Assembly (NCBI RefSeq): GCF_964213995.1 | Contig: NC_135830.1 | Location: 16,430,001 to 16,494,000 of the forward strand | DNA length: 64,000 nt | Origin: Mustelus asterias | Lineage: Eukaryota | Direction: 5' to 3' | In this document: positions 26,277 through 39,773 of the stretch, piece after piece | Position numbering within the stretch: the stretch's first letter is position 1 | How the letters are laid out: each line of letters opens with the position of its first letter | Position numbers and translations under genes: made by a program | The notes under the pieces: model-generated | Seen by the model: only the letters and a program-made list of their open reading frames with translations | Databases searched by the model: none | What the model was told of the DNA's origin: nothing

Positions 26277-26636
26277 TATGCACCATATAACAACACCAGA
26301 CATATTAATGTTGTTATGATCCTCATGGTCACCTTATAATAAGCAAATTCCCACAAATCACAATGGAATAAACTGAAAGACAATGTTTCATTTTTTTAAA
26401 AATTTACTTTAAAAATTAATCTAAAATTAACATCACTGATCATGCATTAAGAAACAGTATTTGAATAGACAAGATAAATTACACTTTAAAAAGCTCAGAC
26501 AATAAAAACAGGTTCCACAAAATCACAAACCCCCTCAGTATATTTAGCTCTAATTCCAGTTCCAGAGAATTTCTCTGTCTCTGTATTTCCCAGGGGGAGA
26601 AAGAAAGTGTTTTCCTCACAGATGTTGTCCAGAGGA

Positions 26637-26921
26637 TGAAGTTTGAGTCTGTGTGTGAAGTTTGAGTCTGTGTGTGAAGTTTGAGTCTGTGGTGAAGTTT
26701 GAGTCTGTGTGTGAAGTTTGAGTCTGTGTGTGAAGTTTGAGTCTGTGTGTGAAGTTTGAGTCTGTGGTGAAGTTTGAGTCTGTGTGTGAAGTTTGAGTCT
26801 GTGGTGAAGTTTGAGTCTGTGGTGAAGTTTGAGTCTGTGTGTGAAGTTTGAGTCTGTGTGTGAAGTTTGAGTCTGTGTGTGAAGTTTGAGTCTGTGTGTG
26901 AAGTTTGAGTCTGTGGTGAAG
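26637..26921. repeat. Minisatellite, 18/19-bp unit (gaagtttgagtctgtg[t]gt), ~15 copies
   Basis: Direct inspection. Confidence 0.95.
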
Positions 26922-27035
26922 CTACAAACAGAAGCTGTTCTGTTTCAAATCAAACTGCGGGACTTGGAAGAAAATGATGGGAAGAGATTTTGCAAAGTCC
27001 CCTCCCCCACTCCATCAGCTGGCAGCCCAGCACGC

Positions 27036-27155
27036 AGGCGCAGAGAGCGCTGAGCCCAGCTGTCCGGAGCAGGTGCAGAGAGCGCTGCTGAGCCGAGCTG
27101 TCCGGAGCAGGCGCAGAGAGCGCTGCTGAGCCGAGCTGTCCGGAGCAGGCGCAGT
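27036..27155. repeat. 38-bp GC-rich tandem repeat (x3) in a CpG island
   Basis: caggcgcagagagcgctgctgagccgagctgtccggag repeated. Confidence 0.85.
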
Positions 27156-27705
27156 GCGGCTGCCGCCAGCGGTCGCTCTCGATCTCTTTTTGGAGCCGCA
27201 GGAGAGAGAGGGGGGAGGGGAAGATCACCGAGCGGCTTCTCGCTCTGGCCGGAGCCGCCAGCCGGTTGCCTGGAAACCTTGGCTGGAGGAGGTGCAGGGG
27301 GAGGGGAACAATGGGGGGGGGGGGGAGGGGGGGCTCCCGGGTCGGCGAGCCGGGCCTGCGCCATGGAACCCCGACACGTCACTGCGGAGCCGAGTAATTC
27401 CTATTGGCTGATTCAGGCAGCGCTCCATTGTGACGTCTCAATGCGGAAGTTGGCCACCGAGCTTCAGATTAAAGCTTCCACTTCGATTTGAAAAGACTTC
27501 GGCCATCAGTGAGTGGAAAAGCAGCAACACACTGCCACACCCGAGTGAGAGTGTTCCAGTGCACTGACTAAAGAGCTTTAACCAGTTACACAGCCTGAAT
27601 AAATATCACACCATTCACAGCAGGGAGAGACGGTACCCGTGTTCTGTGTGTGGACAAGGCTTCAACTGATTGGCCACCCAAGGGAGAGGCAAGGACACCT
27701 GCACC

Positions 27706-28608
27706 ATGGAGAAACCATGGAAATGTGCAGACTGTGGAAAGAGATACAGATACCCCTCTCTGCTCGATGCTCATCGGCGCAGCCACACTGGGGAGAGGCC
27801 ATTCATCTGCTCTCAGTGTGGGGAGGGATTCGCTCTGTTGCCCAGCCTGCTGACACACAAGCGAGTTCACACCGGAGAGAGACCGTTCACCTGCTCTCAG
27901 TGTGGAAAGGGATTCACTGTGTTATCCACTTTGCAGAGACACCAGCGAATTCACACTGGGGAGAGGCTGTTTATCTGCTCTCGGTGTAGGAAGGGATTCA
28001 ACCAGTTATCCAATCTATGGACACACATGCGAATTCACACTGGGGAGAGGCCATTCATCTGCTCTCGTTGTGGGAAGAGATTCACTCGGTCATCCGACCT
28101 GCGGACACATCAGCACGTTCACACCGGGGAGAGGCCATTCACCTGCTCTCAGTGTGGGAAGGGATTCACTCGGTCATCCGACCTGCGGACACACCAGCGA
28201 GTTCACACTGGGGAGAGGCCATTCACCTGCTCTCAGTGTGGGAAGAGATTCACTCGGTCATCCGAGCTGCGGACACACCAGCGAGTTCACACTGGGGAGA
28301 GGCCATTTACCTGCTCTCAGTGTGGGAAGGGTTTCAGTCACTTATCCACCCAGCAGAAACACCAGCACATTCACACTGGAGAGAGGCCGTTCACCTGCTC
28401 ACAGTGTGGGAAGAGATTCACTCAGTCATCCCACCTGCGGAGACACCAGCGAGTTCACACTGGGGAGAGGCCATTTACCTGCTCTCAGTGTGGGAAGGGT
28501 TTCAGTCAGTTATCCAACCTGCAGAGACACCAGCGAATTCACATGGAGAGAGACCATTCACCTGCTCTGAGTGTGGGAAGGAATTCACTCAGTTATCCCA
28601 CCTGTTGA
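27706..28608 (+). CDS. C2H2 zinc-finger protein (ZNF-F), 10 fingers, close paralog of ZNF-A
   Basis: ATG at 27706. A 1-nt deletion at ~28543 shifts the frame; decayed fingers continue to ~28710. The 3' UTR matches the reverse complement of 1-240. Confidence 0.85.
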   Translation: MEKPWKCADCGKRYRYPSLLDAHRRSHTGERPFICSQCGEGFALLPSLLTHKRVHTGERPFTCSQCGKGFTVLSTLQRHQRIHTGERLFICSRCRKGFNQLSNLWTHMRIHTGERPFICSRCGKRFTRSSDLRTHQHVHTGERPFTCSQCGKGFTRSSDLRTHQRVHTGERPFTCSQCGKRFTRSSELRTHQRVHTGERPFTCSQCGKGFSHLSTQQKHQHIHTGERPFTCSQCGKRFTQSSHLRRHQRVHTGERPFTCSQCGKGFSQLSNLQRHQRIHMERDHSPALSVGRNSLSYPTC

Positions 28609-31600
28609 GACATCAGTGAGGTTACACTGGGGAGAAACTGTCCACCTGCTCAGTGTATAAAAAGTGTTCGGAATTTCATCACAGCTGCTGAGGCACCAAC
28701 AAGTTCACAGGGGTTGGATTCTGCTGTTATTGTTTCTGCTCTCAATTACATCCAGGACTGCATTTTGTTCATTCTCACAGTTGGTCAATGGGGAGGGTCG
28801 GAGGGTTTCTTTCTGCTGGACTGGCCGGTCTCACAACTTTACCTCCAGTGAGCTGATGTTCTTTGAGTCTTGTTGCGAATACCTTGTTTTAAATTTCAGA
28901 GTGACCGGGTGTGAGGAAATTGAGAGATATTTAGTCAGCATTTCTGTTTGAAACTCCCCCAGATGCCCATCTCATTTCCTTTGTAATTGTTTATTGTCTC
29001 CACTTCCTCCTCCCTCGTAGGCAGTGAGTTCCAGGTCATTACCATTCGCTGCATCAAAATATTCTTCCTCACATCCCTCCCTACATCTCTGACCTGAAAC
29101 TTTTAATCTGTGTCCCCCTCGTACTTGTCCCATCAGCTAATGGGAACAGCTTTTCTTTGTCCACCTTATCTAAACCTGTCAGAATCTTGTCCACCTCTAT
29201 CAAATCTCACCTCAACCTCCTTTGCTCCAAGGGAAAAAACCCCAGCCTGACATTGACAATAAAGAACAAACTAACAGAATATGTTAGTACCTGAAACCAA
29301 ATGGGAATGTTTAATTCCTGTTTTAAAAATATTGTGAATATATTGTCCTGGACAATAAAGGAATTGGAATAACTCACCTTGGGAGTGGTAGAATGGAATA
29401 TGTCAATCTGGTATCCATCTACAGTCCAGTGAAAGTTTGGAATGTGTAGCTGGAAATCCCTCCCTAACAGCACTGTGGGTGTACCTACACCTCAGGCATT
29501 ATAACAGTTCAGGAAGGCAGTGTTGGGGTTGACCATGGCCGAGGCAGCTACATACAGCCACATATTCTGTTATAATTGAAGGACAGCAGATTGAATGTGA
29601 GGCATTATGGGACTGGACTATCTTGACCACATTCCTGTGACTGCTCAGTTTCTGCAATCATGAACCATTAAAGCTGCTTAGCAGGGCCCCGACAGAGGAC
29701 CTGGTGAGAATATTTACTCAGAATGAGTTAGAATTAAACTTATTCCAGGACCGGCTGATGTTCAGCGGCTGAGATACCCAAATCTGTGAAGAGGAGGTCT
29801 GACCAATCAACAAACAGTGGCAGATAGTTGGTTAAGAAGTTAAAAAGCGTTCTCAGGCATTGTTTAATTTATTTTACCCCAAATTTGTGATAAGAACTGT
29901 GAGGGACATGTGACCCGTTAGTCGGTGAAGTAACGGTATACTCCAAATAGCACTGGACTGAAAAGCAGACCTCTGAGAGTAGATTCTAATGGTTATAATC
30001 CGACCCAAGCATGGCCAGTGAAAAAGTCAGAGCTCGAGTGAGGACTGGACAGATCTCTTACCTGCTATTTGGAAACGAAGAACAAGAAACTTATCGATAA
30101 AATTATTAGAATAGAGCCAACATTTTGAGTCTGGAAGACATTTCATAACAGCTCTTATGAAGGGTCATCCATACCTGAAACATTGGCTCCATTCTATCTC
30201 CACAGATGCTGCCAGACCTGCTGAGCTTTTCCAGTATTTTCTGTTGTTGTTTCAGATTCCAGCATCCGCAGTATTTAACTTTTATGATAAAATTATTAGT
30301 TCTGATTGGAAACCCCACGACCCTCCCGCAAAACAGAGGGAGTGGTGGCAAAGGGAGAAAAAGGATAAGGATGATAAAGTCTGGGTTCTGATTTTCTGAG
30401 CCCATGTAGAATAAACAAAATGAGTGAAGCAGTTTATAAAGAACTGAAGTTACCCATCCCTAACAAAAACTGATCAAATAAAAATAATTAGGTTGTGGAA
30501 TATAACAAAAAAATTAAGAGATGAAGTTTACAATCGAGTTTGTTTTGATTTTTATACTTGTGTAAAGTGGTATTATTGTGTGCCAATTTTTTTCTGCTCA
30601 CTCCCCATCCCTTTAGGTTCTGTAGAAAAGTTAACCCTTTCAGCAGACAGTTCATTTCTTTTCAAATCATCTGAAAACTCATGTCTATTTTAGTTTATAA
30701 TTGAAGATTTATGGGAATTGGCTAAGATGGGCTTTCGACATTTTTAAAGTATAAAGAAGTGGTCTTGAGAAGCCAATTTGGTAGAGAGAGGTGGAGGGAG
30801 ATATGTTTACAGAGAGGTGTTGAGAGGTGTTGAGAGCTGTTGGTTTTACAAGTTATCCATGTTTTTGGAGCGGTCACTTCATGTCCTGGTCTGAGAGGGA
30901 TGGAGAGAAGCCTGTTCAATTGTTAATGTTAAACTTTCTATATTAACTGTTAATCGACACTGTTTTTTATCTTTCTGACTTGTTACATTTTTAATGGTTA
31001 ATTAACTTTCTGAATTCACCATTTAAAGTGTTCTTTCTTGCCACATGGTTAAGACACTGGAACCTGGCGTGATTTATGATTAGGGAGGTTATTGTAAACA
31101 AGAGAACCCCATAAATCTCGATACAAATAGATTAAACTTCTTACAAATGGAATGCAATCCTTTATTATGAGAGAAATTGAACAAAGAAGTAAAGATGTTG
31201 TACTTCAGTTATACAGGGTGTTGCTGAGACTGCATCTTGAACACTGGGTGCAGCTTTGTCTCCTATTTAAGAAATGATACAAACGCATTGAAAGTGGTTC
31301 AGAGGAGGTTTAATAATTGCTTCCCAATTCTTGACCCTCACAGGATAAATTTTGTCCGATTTTCCTTGTATTCACCTCTGACAAAGAATCATCCTGACTC
31401 AAAATGTTGTCTCTATTCTCTCTCTGCAGATGCTGTCAGACTTGCTGAGATTGTCCAGCATTTTCTGTTTATATTTCAGATTCCAGCAGCAGCAGAATTT
31501 TGCCTTTATACCAATTCTTGTTGGTAAGGGAATCTAAAGTATCGGCTGTAGAATGACAGTGTGGAATGCAACACAAACAGATCAGCCATGATCTCAATCA

Positions 31601-32899
31601 ATGGTGGAGCAAACTCAAAGGGCCAAATGGCCGACTTCTGCTCTGATGTCGAATGTTGGTCGCAATTTCCTGAGAATTGCGAAGTAAGGCTGGAAGATTC
31701 ACCTTGCTTGTGTTAAAACCATCACTGTGAAATTCAGTTCTGGGATTAAAGGTTGCCAGACTGGAAAAGGAAAACAATGGAAATACACTTTTGGGGAGTG
31801 AAAAGTCACCTTGCCGGACACATTCTTGGAGAATTGAGTGTCAACATTCCAAGGCAGAGTAAAACATAACCATTGAGTGGGATATTTGAGTGTGTTGAGA
31901 GTAAAAGGGCAAAGTTCAACTTTACAGCTTAAGAGCTGTTTCTACAAAAAGTGTTTACTCATTGTTGCTTCCAGTTTGTCGGAGTAAAAGTCATAAAACT
32001 TGAAGTTTTGTCTTGTGATTCTTTCATTTACTCAATGGGTTTAAATTCATTTCTTTAAATTATTGATCATTACAGAGATCTTAATAATTCATTTAAAGCC
32101 CCAAGTTTCGACATCCCATTTGAGCCTGGGGCACCTTTCTGTCTCTCTATTGCTCGTGTCAATGAGAGCCAGGCGACGGAGCTGAGGGCTGAATTTAGCT
32201 GAGAATAACGAGGCCTGCGCCCCAGTTGGGAAACTGCCATGGGGATCGCACTAATAGAGAGACTGGGAGGTGCTGGAGGACTGAGTGGGAAATGGGCCTC
32301 CAACCAATTGTTATATCTGTCTCTCAGAGCGAAAGAGAAACCTGTCTCTTTAAATACATATACAGGGAAAAGGCTGCACTGAAATCTGTCCCTTTTAACC
32401 TGCACAGAAGCAGGAGGCTGAGAATGACAGGCTGCAGGAGGAGTCCATTCAGCCCATCGTGCCCCTGCTATCTCTTTGAAAGGACTCTCTGATTCATCCA
32501 ACTGCTCTGTTCTTTCCCCACAGCCCTGCAAATTCTTCCCATTCAAGTCTTTACCCGTTGGAAAGATTCTATTGAATCTGCTTTCAGGCAGATCAGAACA
32601 ACTCGCTGTGTCAAACAATAAAATAAAATCTCATCTCCCCCTCTGGCTCCTTTGCCAATTACCTTAGAGGGAGTCACTTTCTGTTAAAGAGCCTGCCAAC
32701 CCCTCTCACCTGCTTTCCCGAAAGTGCATCAATATAGTCAGAAAAAGTCCAGCAAAATCAAATTTTTACTGATAAAAGTTTATTAATGAAACAGAACATG
32801 GTTAAAACAAACAGAAAGTGACTTGAGGATCAAAGACAACCAGAGTAAAAGGATGTTCACAATGTTCTGGACACAAATTGTTTCTCTTTAATTCACCTG

Positions 32900-33650
32900 C
32901 AGCCTGTTCCCTGTCCTCTTTGTGGAACACCTCCGCTCAGTCCACAAGCATGACCCTGACCTTCCGCTTGCTTGCCATTAGAATTCACCACCTTGCTCTC
33001 ACACTCACATTACTGTCCTCGGCCTGCTGCAATGTTCCGGAGAAGCCCAACACAAGCTGGGCAAACAGCCCCTCATCTTCCGATGAGGCACTTTACAGAC
33101 TTCTGGACTCAACATTGAGTTCAACAACTTCACACCCTGAACTCTCTCCTACATTTTGATTTGTTTTTTATTTGCCGAGTGCCAGTCTGCATCTTGTTTT
33201 CATGTTTTTTTGCTTCCAGACAGAGCTGTCCTTTATTCTACCATTAACACTTACTCTGGGCCAATGCTTTGTTTCTTTACGATGTGGAGATGCCGGCGTT
33301 GGACTGGGGTAAACACATGAAGAGTTTTAACAACACCAGGTTCCTGTTGGACTTTAACCTGCTGTTGTTAAATCTTCTTATTGTTTCTTTCCAACAACCA
33401 TTACCTCTCCCTTTGCCTTTTGTTCCGGGACATTTTTGTCATTTAATCTCACCCGCCCTCTAACCAATCCCTGACTTTCCCTTTTGTTCTCCCTGCCCCT
33501 CCCCCCTTTCTCACCAGCATCAAACCCATTACATTTCTCCCTCTCTTTAGTTCTGAAGTAGAGTTACATTGGACGTGAAACATTAACTCTGTTTCTCTCT
33601 CCACAGATGCTGCCAGACCTGCTGCGTTTTTTCAGTTCTTTCTGTATTTA
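32900..33650 (+). mobile_element. Decayed Penelope-like 3' end with a nested hairpin mini-element (33281-33380)
   Basis: Similar to 6650-7292; the nested element is flanked by TTGTTTCTTT direct repeats. Confidence 0.65.
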
Positions 33651-33918
33651 TTTTAAATCTACCTTAGTCGTAGGAAAAGCACTCTTTACTATCCAGGATA
33701 AAAAAATGTCCTTCATCAGTTTTTGTGGATCATTTCAGTGGAAATGTGCTCTCCCAGGCTCAAAGAGCATCAGCCCATTGGAAGCAAAGTTGTGAGACCG
33801 GCCAGTCCAGCAGAAAAAAACCCTCCAACCCTCCCACTTCACCAACTGTCAGAATGAACACTGTTCAGTCCTGGATGTGATTAACAGCAGCAATAACAGC
33901 AGAATCCAACACCAGTAA

Positions 33919-35265
33919 TCACTTGTGAATTCGCTGGTGTCTCCGCAGGAGGGATGAATCACTAAATCCTTTCCCACACTGAGAGCGGGTGAATGGCCTC
34001 TCCCCGGTGTGAACTCGCTGGTGTTCTCGCAGGTTGCATGAATCACTGAATCCCTTCCCACACAGAGAGCATGTGAACGGTTTCGCTCCGGTGTGAACTC
34101 GCTCATGTTTCCGCAGGTTGGATGAAGTTCTGAAGCTCTTTGGGCAGTGAGAGCAGCTGAACGGTCTCTCCTCAGTGTGAATGCGCTGGTGGGACACCAG
34201 ATCCGGAGACCTTTTGAAGCCACTCCCACAGTCAGAGCATTTAAAGGGTCGCTCATTGGTGTGAACTCGCTGGTGTTCCCACAGGTAGGATGGTGTTGTA
34301 AACCTCTTTGTGCAGTGAGAGCAGCTGAATGGTCTCTCCTCAGTGTGAATGCGCTGGTGGACCAACAGTTGGTGAGAGCTTTTGAAATCTTTCCCGCAGT
34401 CAGAGCATTTAAAGGGTCGCTCATTGCTGTGAGTGACTTTGTGTCTCTGCAGGCTGGATGACTGAGTGAATCCCCTCCCACACACTGAGCAGGGGAATGG
34501 CCGCTCCCTCGTGTGAACTCGTTGGTGATTCCGCAGGTGGGATGATCTTCTAAATGTCTTTGAGCAGTGAGAGCAGCTGAACGGTCTCTCCACAGTGTGA
34601 GTGCGCTGGTGATCCATCAGATCCTGAGACCTTTTGAATCCGCTCCCACAGTCAGAGCATTTAAAGGGTCTCTCGCTGTTGTGAATGACGTTGTGTCTCT
34701 GCAGGCTGGATAACTGGGTGAATCTGCTCCCACACTCGGAGCAGGTGAATGGTCTCTCCCCAGTGTGAACTTGCTGGTGTCTCAGCAGATTGGATGACAG
34801 AGTGAATCTCTTCCCACACACAGAGCAGGTGAATGGCCACTCCTCGGTGTGAACTTGCTGGTGTTTCCGCAGGTTGGATGATGTTTGAAACTGCTTTGTG
34901 CAGTGAGAGCAGCTAAACAGTCCCCCCTCAGTGTGAATGCGCTGGTGTGACAGCAGGTGGGATGACCTTCTAAACCTCTTTGGGCAGTGAGAGCAGCTGA
35001 ACGGTCTCTCCCCGGTGTGAATGCGCTGGTGGGACACCAGATCCTGAGACCTTTTGAAACCAGTCCCACAGTCAGAGCATTTAAAGGGTCTCTCATTGGT
35101 ATGAGTGAGATTGTGACTCAGCAGATTGGATGACCGAGTGAATCCCTTCCCACACACAGGGCAGGTGAATGGCCGCTCCCCAGTGTGATTGTGTCGATGT
35201 GTTTCCAGCTGAGATGGGAAACTGAATCCCTTCCCACAGTCTCCACATTTCCACGGTTTCCCCAT
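33919..35265 (-). CDS. C2H2 zinc-finger protein (ZNF-G), 16 fingers
   Basis: ATG at 35265, open array; the last finger lacks its first Cys. Confidence 0.9.
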   Translation of the reverse strand: MGKPWKCGDCGKGFSFPSQLETHRHNHTGERPFTCPVCGKGFTRSSNLLSHNLTHTNERPFKCSDCGTGFKRSQDLVSHQRIHTGERPFSCSHCPKRFRRSSHLLSHQRIHTEGGLFSCSHCTKQFQTSSNLRKHQQVHTEEWPFTCSVCGKRFTLSSNLLRHQQVHTGERPFTCSECGSRFTQLSSLQRHNVIHNSERPFKCSDCGSGFKRSQDLMDHQRTHTVERPFSCSHCSKTFRRSSHLRNHQRVHTRERPFPCSVCGRGFTQSSSLQRHKVTHSNERPFKCSDCGKDFKSSHQLLVHQRIHTEERPFSCSHCTKRFTTPSYLWEHQRVHTNERPFKCSDCGSGFKRSPDLVSHQRIHTEERPFSCSHCPKSFRTSSNLRKHERVHTGAKPFTCSLCGKGFSDSCNLREHQRVHTGERPFTRSQCGKGFSDSSLLRRHQRIHK

Positions 35266-36059
35266 GGTGCGGGTGTCCTTGCGACTCTCCAGGTTAAACA
35301 ATCAGTTAAATCTCACACAGAACACGGGTACAGTCTCTCCCCGCTGTGAATGCTGCGATGTATTTTCAGGCTGTGTAACTGGTTAAAGCTCTTTCCACAC
35401 TCAGTGCACTGGAACGCTCTCACTCTGGTGTGTGTGTGTCTTGGTGCTTTCCAGTCACACTGATGTTTAAACATTCTGAAGCAGAAAAAACAGAAATATT
35501 TCTCCTTCCAGATTCAAAGGTCGATGATGTTGAGGTCCAGATGAATTGAGCGACTGTCAGATCTTGATGTGATGTTTGGTTTGGGATTTCCGTCTATGGA
35601 TCTTAACCTTCTGATATCCTGTAAAGGAGTTGCAGCAGAAATCACCATCAATACAGAATCAAAATTCAGAACGAAAATTCTAGTTTCTAAGGAACATTCT
35701 TTCCCCACTCATTCCCCTAAATCTGTAAATTGGTTAAGATACAGGGGGTTGTGATTGGTCATGTTCTTGACCTTGCTGCCTATGAGGGGAGTCAAGCAGA
35801 GATGGTCAGTAATTTTGAATGTGATTGGATGGGTGCTGCAGGGTTACAGAATGGGACCCACTCCAGACTGACAGAATTGCTCGGCAGGAACTGGAGTTGT
35901 CCAATGAACTCCTCCTGTGCTGTAATGACTCTGACTGGAAATATATGACATAGCTACAGTACTATATTACAAGACTAGAAATAATAATAAATGTACTTTA
36001 TTGCAGAACCATCCGATATTTATCACATAACAACACTGGTCATATTTCTGTCCTCAGAG

Positions 36060-36950
36060 TTTTAAAGCACAGCAAGAGGCCCTTTGGCCCATCGAATTTG
36101 TGCCAGCTCTCAAGCATCGATCTGTTCTAATCCCACCTTCCACCATTTGGTCAGTAGTAGCCTTGTAAGCGATGGCATTTCAAGTGCTCATCTAAATGCT
36201 TCTTAATGTTGAGCGTTCCCACCTCTACCACCCTTTCAGGCAGTGAGTTCCTGATTCCATAACCCTCTGGGTGAAAATCTTTTCCCTCAAATCCCCTCTA
36301 AATCTCCTTCCCCTCACCTTAAATCTGGATGTTGACCCAGCTACTAAAGTTACTTGAACTAAGGGTTCATATTTTTGTACATCCCAATCAGGGCCCCCTC
36401 AGCCTTCTCTGAATTAGGGAGAACAATTCCAGCCTCACCAGCCTTTCTTCATGGCTGAAACTTTCCAGCCCAGGCAGCATCCTGGTGAATCTGCTCTGCA
36501 CCTTCTCTAGCGCAATCACATCCTTGGTAAAATGTGGCGACCCGAATTGCAGACAGTACTCTAGCTTTTTATACAGCTCAATCATAACTTGTTTGCTCTA
36601 ATATTCTATGCCTCGGTTAAAAAAGGCAAGAATCCCATATCCTTCTTAACCACTTTATCAATTTGTCCTGCTGTCTTCAGGCTCTGATGGACATGCACCC
36701 CAAGGTCCCTCTGGTCTTCTGCACTTCCTGGCGTCCTATTGTTCATTGTCTATTCCCTTGCCTTGTTAGTCCTCCCAAAATGCCTCACCACGGACTTTAG
36801 GGGGTTAAATTACATTTGCCACTGTTCTGTCCATCTAACCAGCTCGTCCACATCATCCTGTAATCTAAGGTTTTCCTCCTCGCTATTTACCACATCACCA
36901 ATTTTTGGACCATCAGCAAACTTACTGATCGAACCCCCCACATTCAGGTC
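36060..36950 (-). mobile_element. CR1 LINE 3' part
   Basis: ISKFADGPKIG...LQDDVDELVRW; LEYCLQFGSPHFTKDVIALEKVQSRF. Confidence 0.85.
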
Positions 36951-36980
36951 CACAGGGAGCTCCACGCGGTCATTGATACA

Positions 36981-37335
36981 AAGCCCGGACTCTGATTGGC
37001 TGGAGGACCAGCGCCCATCCGGTCCTCCACGCGTTGCCATTGGTCAATCTGCTGCATGTAGACAATGAGGGGGCGGAACCCGAGCACACATGCGGTTGGG
37101 GAGGCTTTGACCGCCAGCCGCGCTGAGCTGGTGTCCAATCCGCAGTGTTTTGCTTCTGTAACCAGTGATATTGCTGCCAATGGGACACTGTGTGCTGTGA
37201 ACGCCCCTCTGAGTCATTGTGACGGCACAATGGAGCCCTGCCTGAATCGGCCAATAGCAATCACTCTGCTCTGCGGTGACGTCTCCGGGTTCAGGCGCGC
37301 GGACCTGGGAGCCCCGCCCCCTCCCACTGTTCCCC
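36981..37335 (-). promoter_or_regulatory. Second copy of the ZNF promoter module, 5' of ZNF-G
   Basis: Near-identical to 2098-2455. Confidence 0.6.
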
Positions 37336-37841
37336 CTTCCCCTACACACAAGATAATTTGTGTGTCTGCTTCCTTGTAATAAAAGGACGTGTGGTGTCAC
37401 TTCCTGATGATTGATGTTCCTCAGGCTCATCGACCTCACTGCTACATCTGAGGTGTGATGTTTCATTTCTCAGTGACTGCTGACGCCTGAAGCAAGTTAC
37501 TGAAAGACAAATAACTAAAAGTACAAGAGCTACACAAACTTAAACTAATACAATTATTACAGAACATAGAAAATCTACGCAGAAAGGTGACAGGTGTGCT
37601 AAAGCTCAGGAAGCAACATACACATTATAAAATACCATTTTTATTTTATTTTCATAAGAAATAAAAGTAACAGAAAATACATCACAACAACACCATGACA
37701 GAAACTGATAATCAAACCCACACTAATCTGTGTGTGTCGAAGGAAAGTGACTATTTCTCTTTAAGTTAAAAAGGGAATACAATTTAAGACATAGCATTTC
37801 TCCAGCACTGACATTCACAATTAAACTACAAGAAGCTTCAT

Positions 37842-38072
37842 GGGGTGGCACGGTAGCACAGTCGTTAGCACTGTTGCTTCACAGCTCCAGGGACCTGGGT
37901 TCGATTCCTGGTTTGGGTCACTGTCTGTGTGGAGTTTGCACATTCTCTTCGTGTCTGCGTGGGTTTGCTCCGGTTTCCTCCCACAGTCCAAAGATGTGCA
38001 GGTTAGGTTGATTGGCCATGCTAAAATTGCCCTTAGTGTCCTGGGATGCGTAGGTTAGAGGGATTAGCAGGG
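37842..38072 (+). mobile_element. tRNA-derived V-SINE (HE1-like)
   Basis: A/B-box head followed by the 'gtgtggagtttgcac...ctgcgtgggttt' V-SINE core. Other copies at ~41165-41465, 47560-47860, 48970-49265, 50725-50960(-), 56805-57135(-), 60495-60785 and 62430-62750(-). Confidence 0.8.
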
Positions 38073-38169
38073 GAATGGTTTCTCCTCAGTGTGAACTCGC
38101 TGGTGTTTCCACAGATTGGATAAACTTTTAAATCTCTTTGTGCAGTGAGAGCAGCTGAACGGTCTCTCC

Positions 38170-39177
38170 TCACTGAGTGCGCTGGTGAATCATCAGATCC
38201 GCAGCACTTTTGAAGCCACGCCCACAGTCAGAGCATTTAAAAGGTCTCTCATTGCTGTGAGTGACTTTGTGTGTTGTCAGACCAGATGACTGAGTGAATC
38301 CCTTCCCACACACAGAGCAAGTGAATGGCCTCTTCCCAGTGTGAACTCGCTGGTGTACCTGCAGATTGGATGAGGTTTTGAACCTCTTTGTGCAGTGAGA
38401 GCAGCTGAACGGTCTCCCCTCAGTGTGAATGCGCTGGTGGATATTCAGATCCGCAGCACTTTTGAAGCCACTCCCACAGTCAGAACATTTAAAGGGTCTC
38501 TCATTGCTGTGAGTGACTTTGTGATTCTGTAGGTGGGATGACTCAGTGAATCCCTTTCCACACACACAGCAGGTGAATGGTCTCTCCCCAGTATGAACTC
38601 GCTGGTGTGTCTGCAGGTGGGATGACCGATTGAATCCCTTCCCACACACAGAGCAGGTGAACAGTCCCTCTGCAGTGTGAAAGCGTTTGTGGGACATCAG
38701 TTCACCAGAGCTTTTGAAGCCTCTCCCACAGTCAGAGCATTTAAAGGGTCTCTCCTGGGTGTGAGTGACTTTGTGTTTCAGCAGGCTGGATGACTGAGTG
38801 AATCCCTTCCCACACACAGAGCAGGTGAACGGTCTCTCCCCAGTGTGAACTCGCTGGTGTTGCCGCAGGTTGGATGATGTTCTGAATGTCTTTGTGCAGT
38901 GAGAGCAGCTGAACGGTCTCTCCTCAGTGTGAATGCGCTCGTGCTCTCTCAGATCCGCAGCATGTTTGAAGGTGCTTCCACAGTCAGAACATTTAAAGGG
39001 TCTCTCATTGCTGTGAGTGACTTTGTGTCTGAGCAGGTGGGATAACTGAATGTATCCCTTCCCACACACAGAGCAGGTAAATGGCCTCTCTCCGGTGTGA
39101 CTGCGTCGATGGATTTCCAGGTCACAGGGGGCTCTGTATCTCTTCCCACAGTCCCCACATTTCCACCGTTTCTCCAT
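38170..39177 (-). CDS. C2H2 zinc-finger protein (ZNF-H), 11-12 fingers, tandem paralog of ZNF-G
   Basis: ATG at 39177. A small deletion creates the stop at 38170; one more finger follows, then the array abuts a SINE. Confidence 0.8.
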   Translation of the reverse strand: MEKRWKCGDCGKRYRAPCDLEIHRRSHTGERPFTCSVCGKGYIQLSHLLRHKVTHSNERPFKCSDCGSTFKHAADLREHERIHTEERPFSCSHCTKTFRTSSNLRQHQRVHTGERPFTCSVCGKGFTQSSSLLKHKVTHTQERPFKCSDCGRGFKSSGELMSHKRFHTAEGLFTCSVCGKGFNRSSHLQTHQRVHTGERPFTCCVCGKGFTESSHLQNHKVTHSNERPFKCSDCGSGFKSAADLNIHQRIHTEGRPFSCSHCTKRFKTSSNLQVHQRVHTGKRPFTCSVCGKGFTQSSGLTTHKVTHSNERPFKCSDCGRGFKSAADLMIHQRTQ

Positions 39178-39227
39178 GGTGCGGGTGTCCTTGTGACTCT
39201 CCAGGTTAAACAATCAGTTAAATCTCA

Positions 39228-39446
<219 letters not shown>

Positions 39447-39773
39447 TCAGGTTTGATGAATTGAGTGAGGGTGTCAGATGCTGGTGTGATGTTTGTTTCA
39501 AGATTTTGGTCTGTTAATCCTCACCTTCTCATATCCTGTAAACGAGTTTGAAAAATTCAACAATGTCAGCACAGGATAGAAATTCAGAACAGACAATTCT
39601 AGTTTCTACGGAACATTCTTTCCTCTCTCATTCCCCAAAAGCTGTAAATCTCCATCCCACACACTCTCCCTCCATTCTCACTCTGCTGTATCTAATATTC
39701 ACCCTCCCAATTCTCCTGAAGGTGCTGATTGAGGCTGATTGACAGATCCATGCTCACTGCTTCCTGTCCTGGG

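Noticed and set aside
22372-26921. Regular repeats that could look like CRISPR arrays
   Set aside because: Head-to-tail units without unique spacers, no cas genes, eukaryotic context.
29521-29883. Possible LTR (TGTTGGGGT...ACCCCAAA)
   Set aside because: No convincing PBS, second LTR or coding remnant identified.
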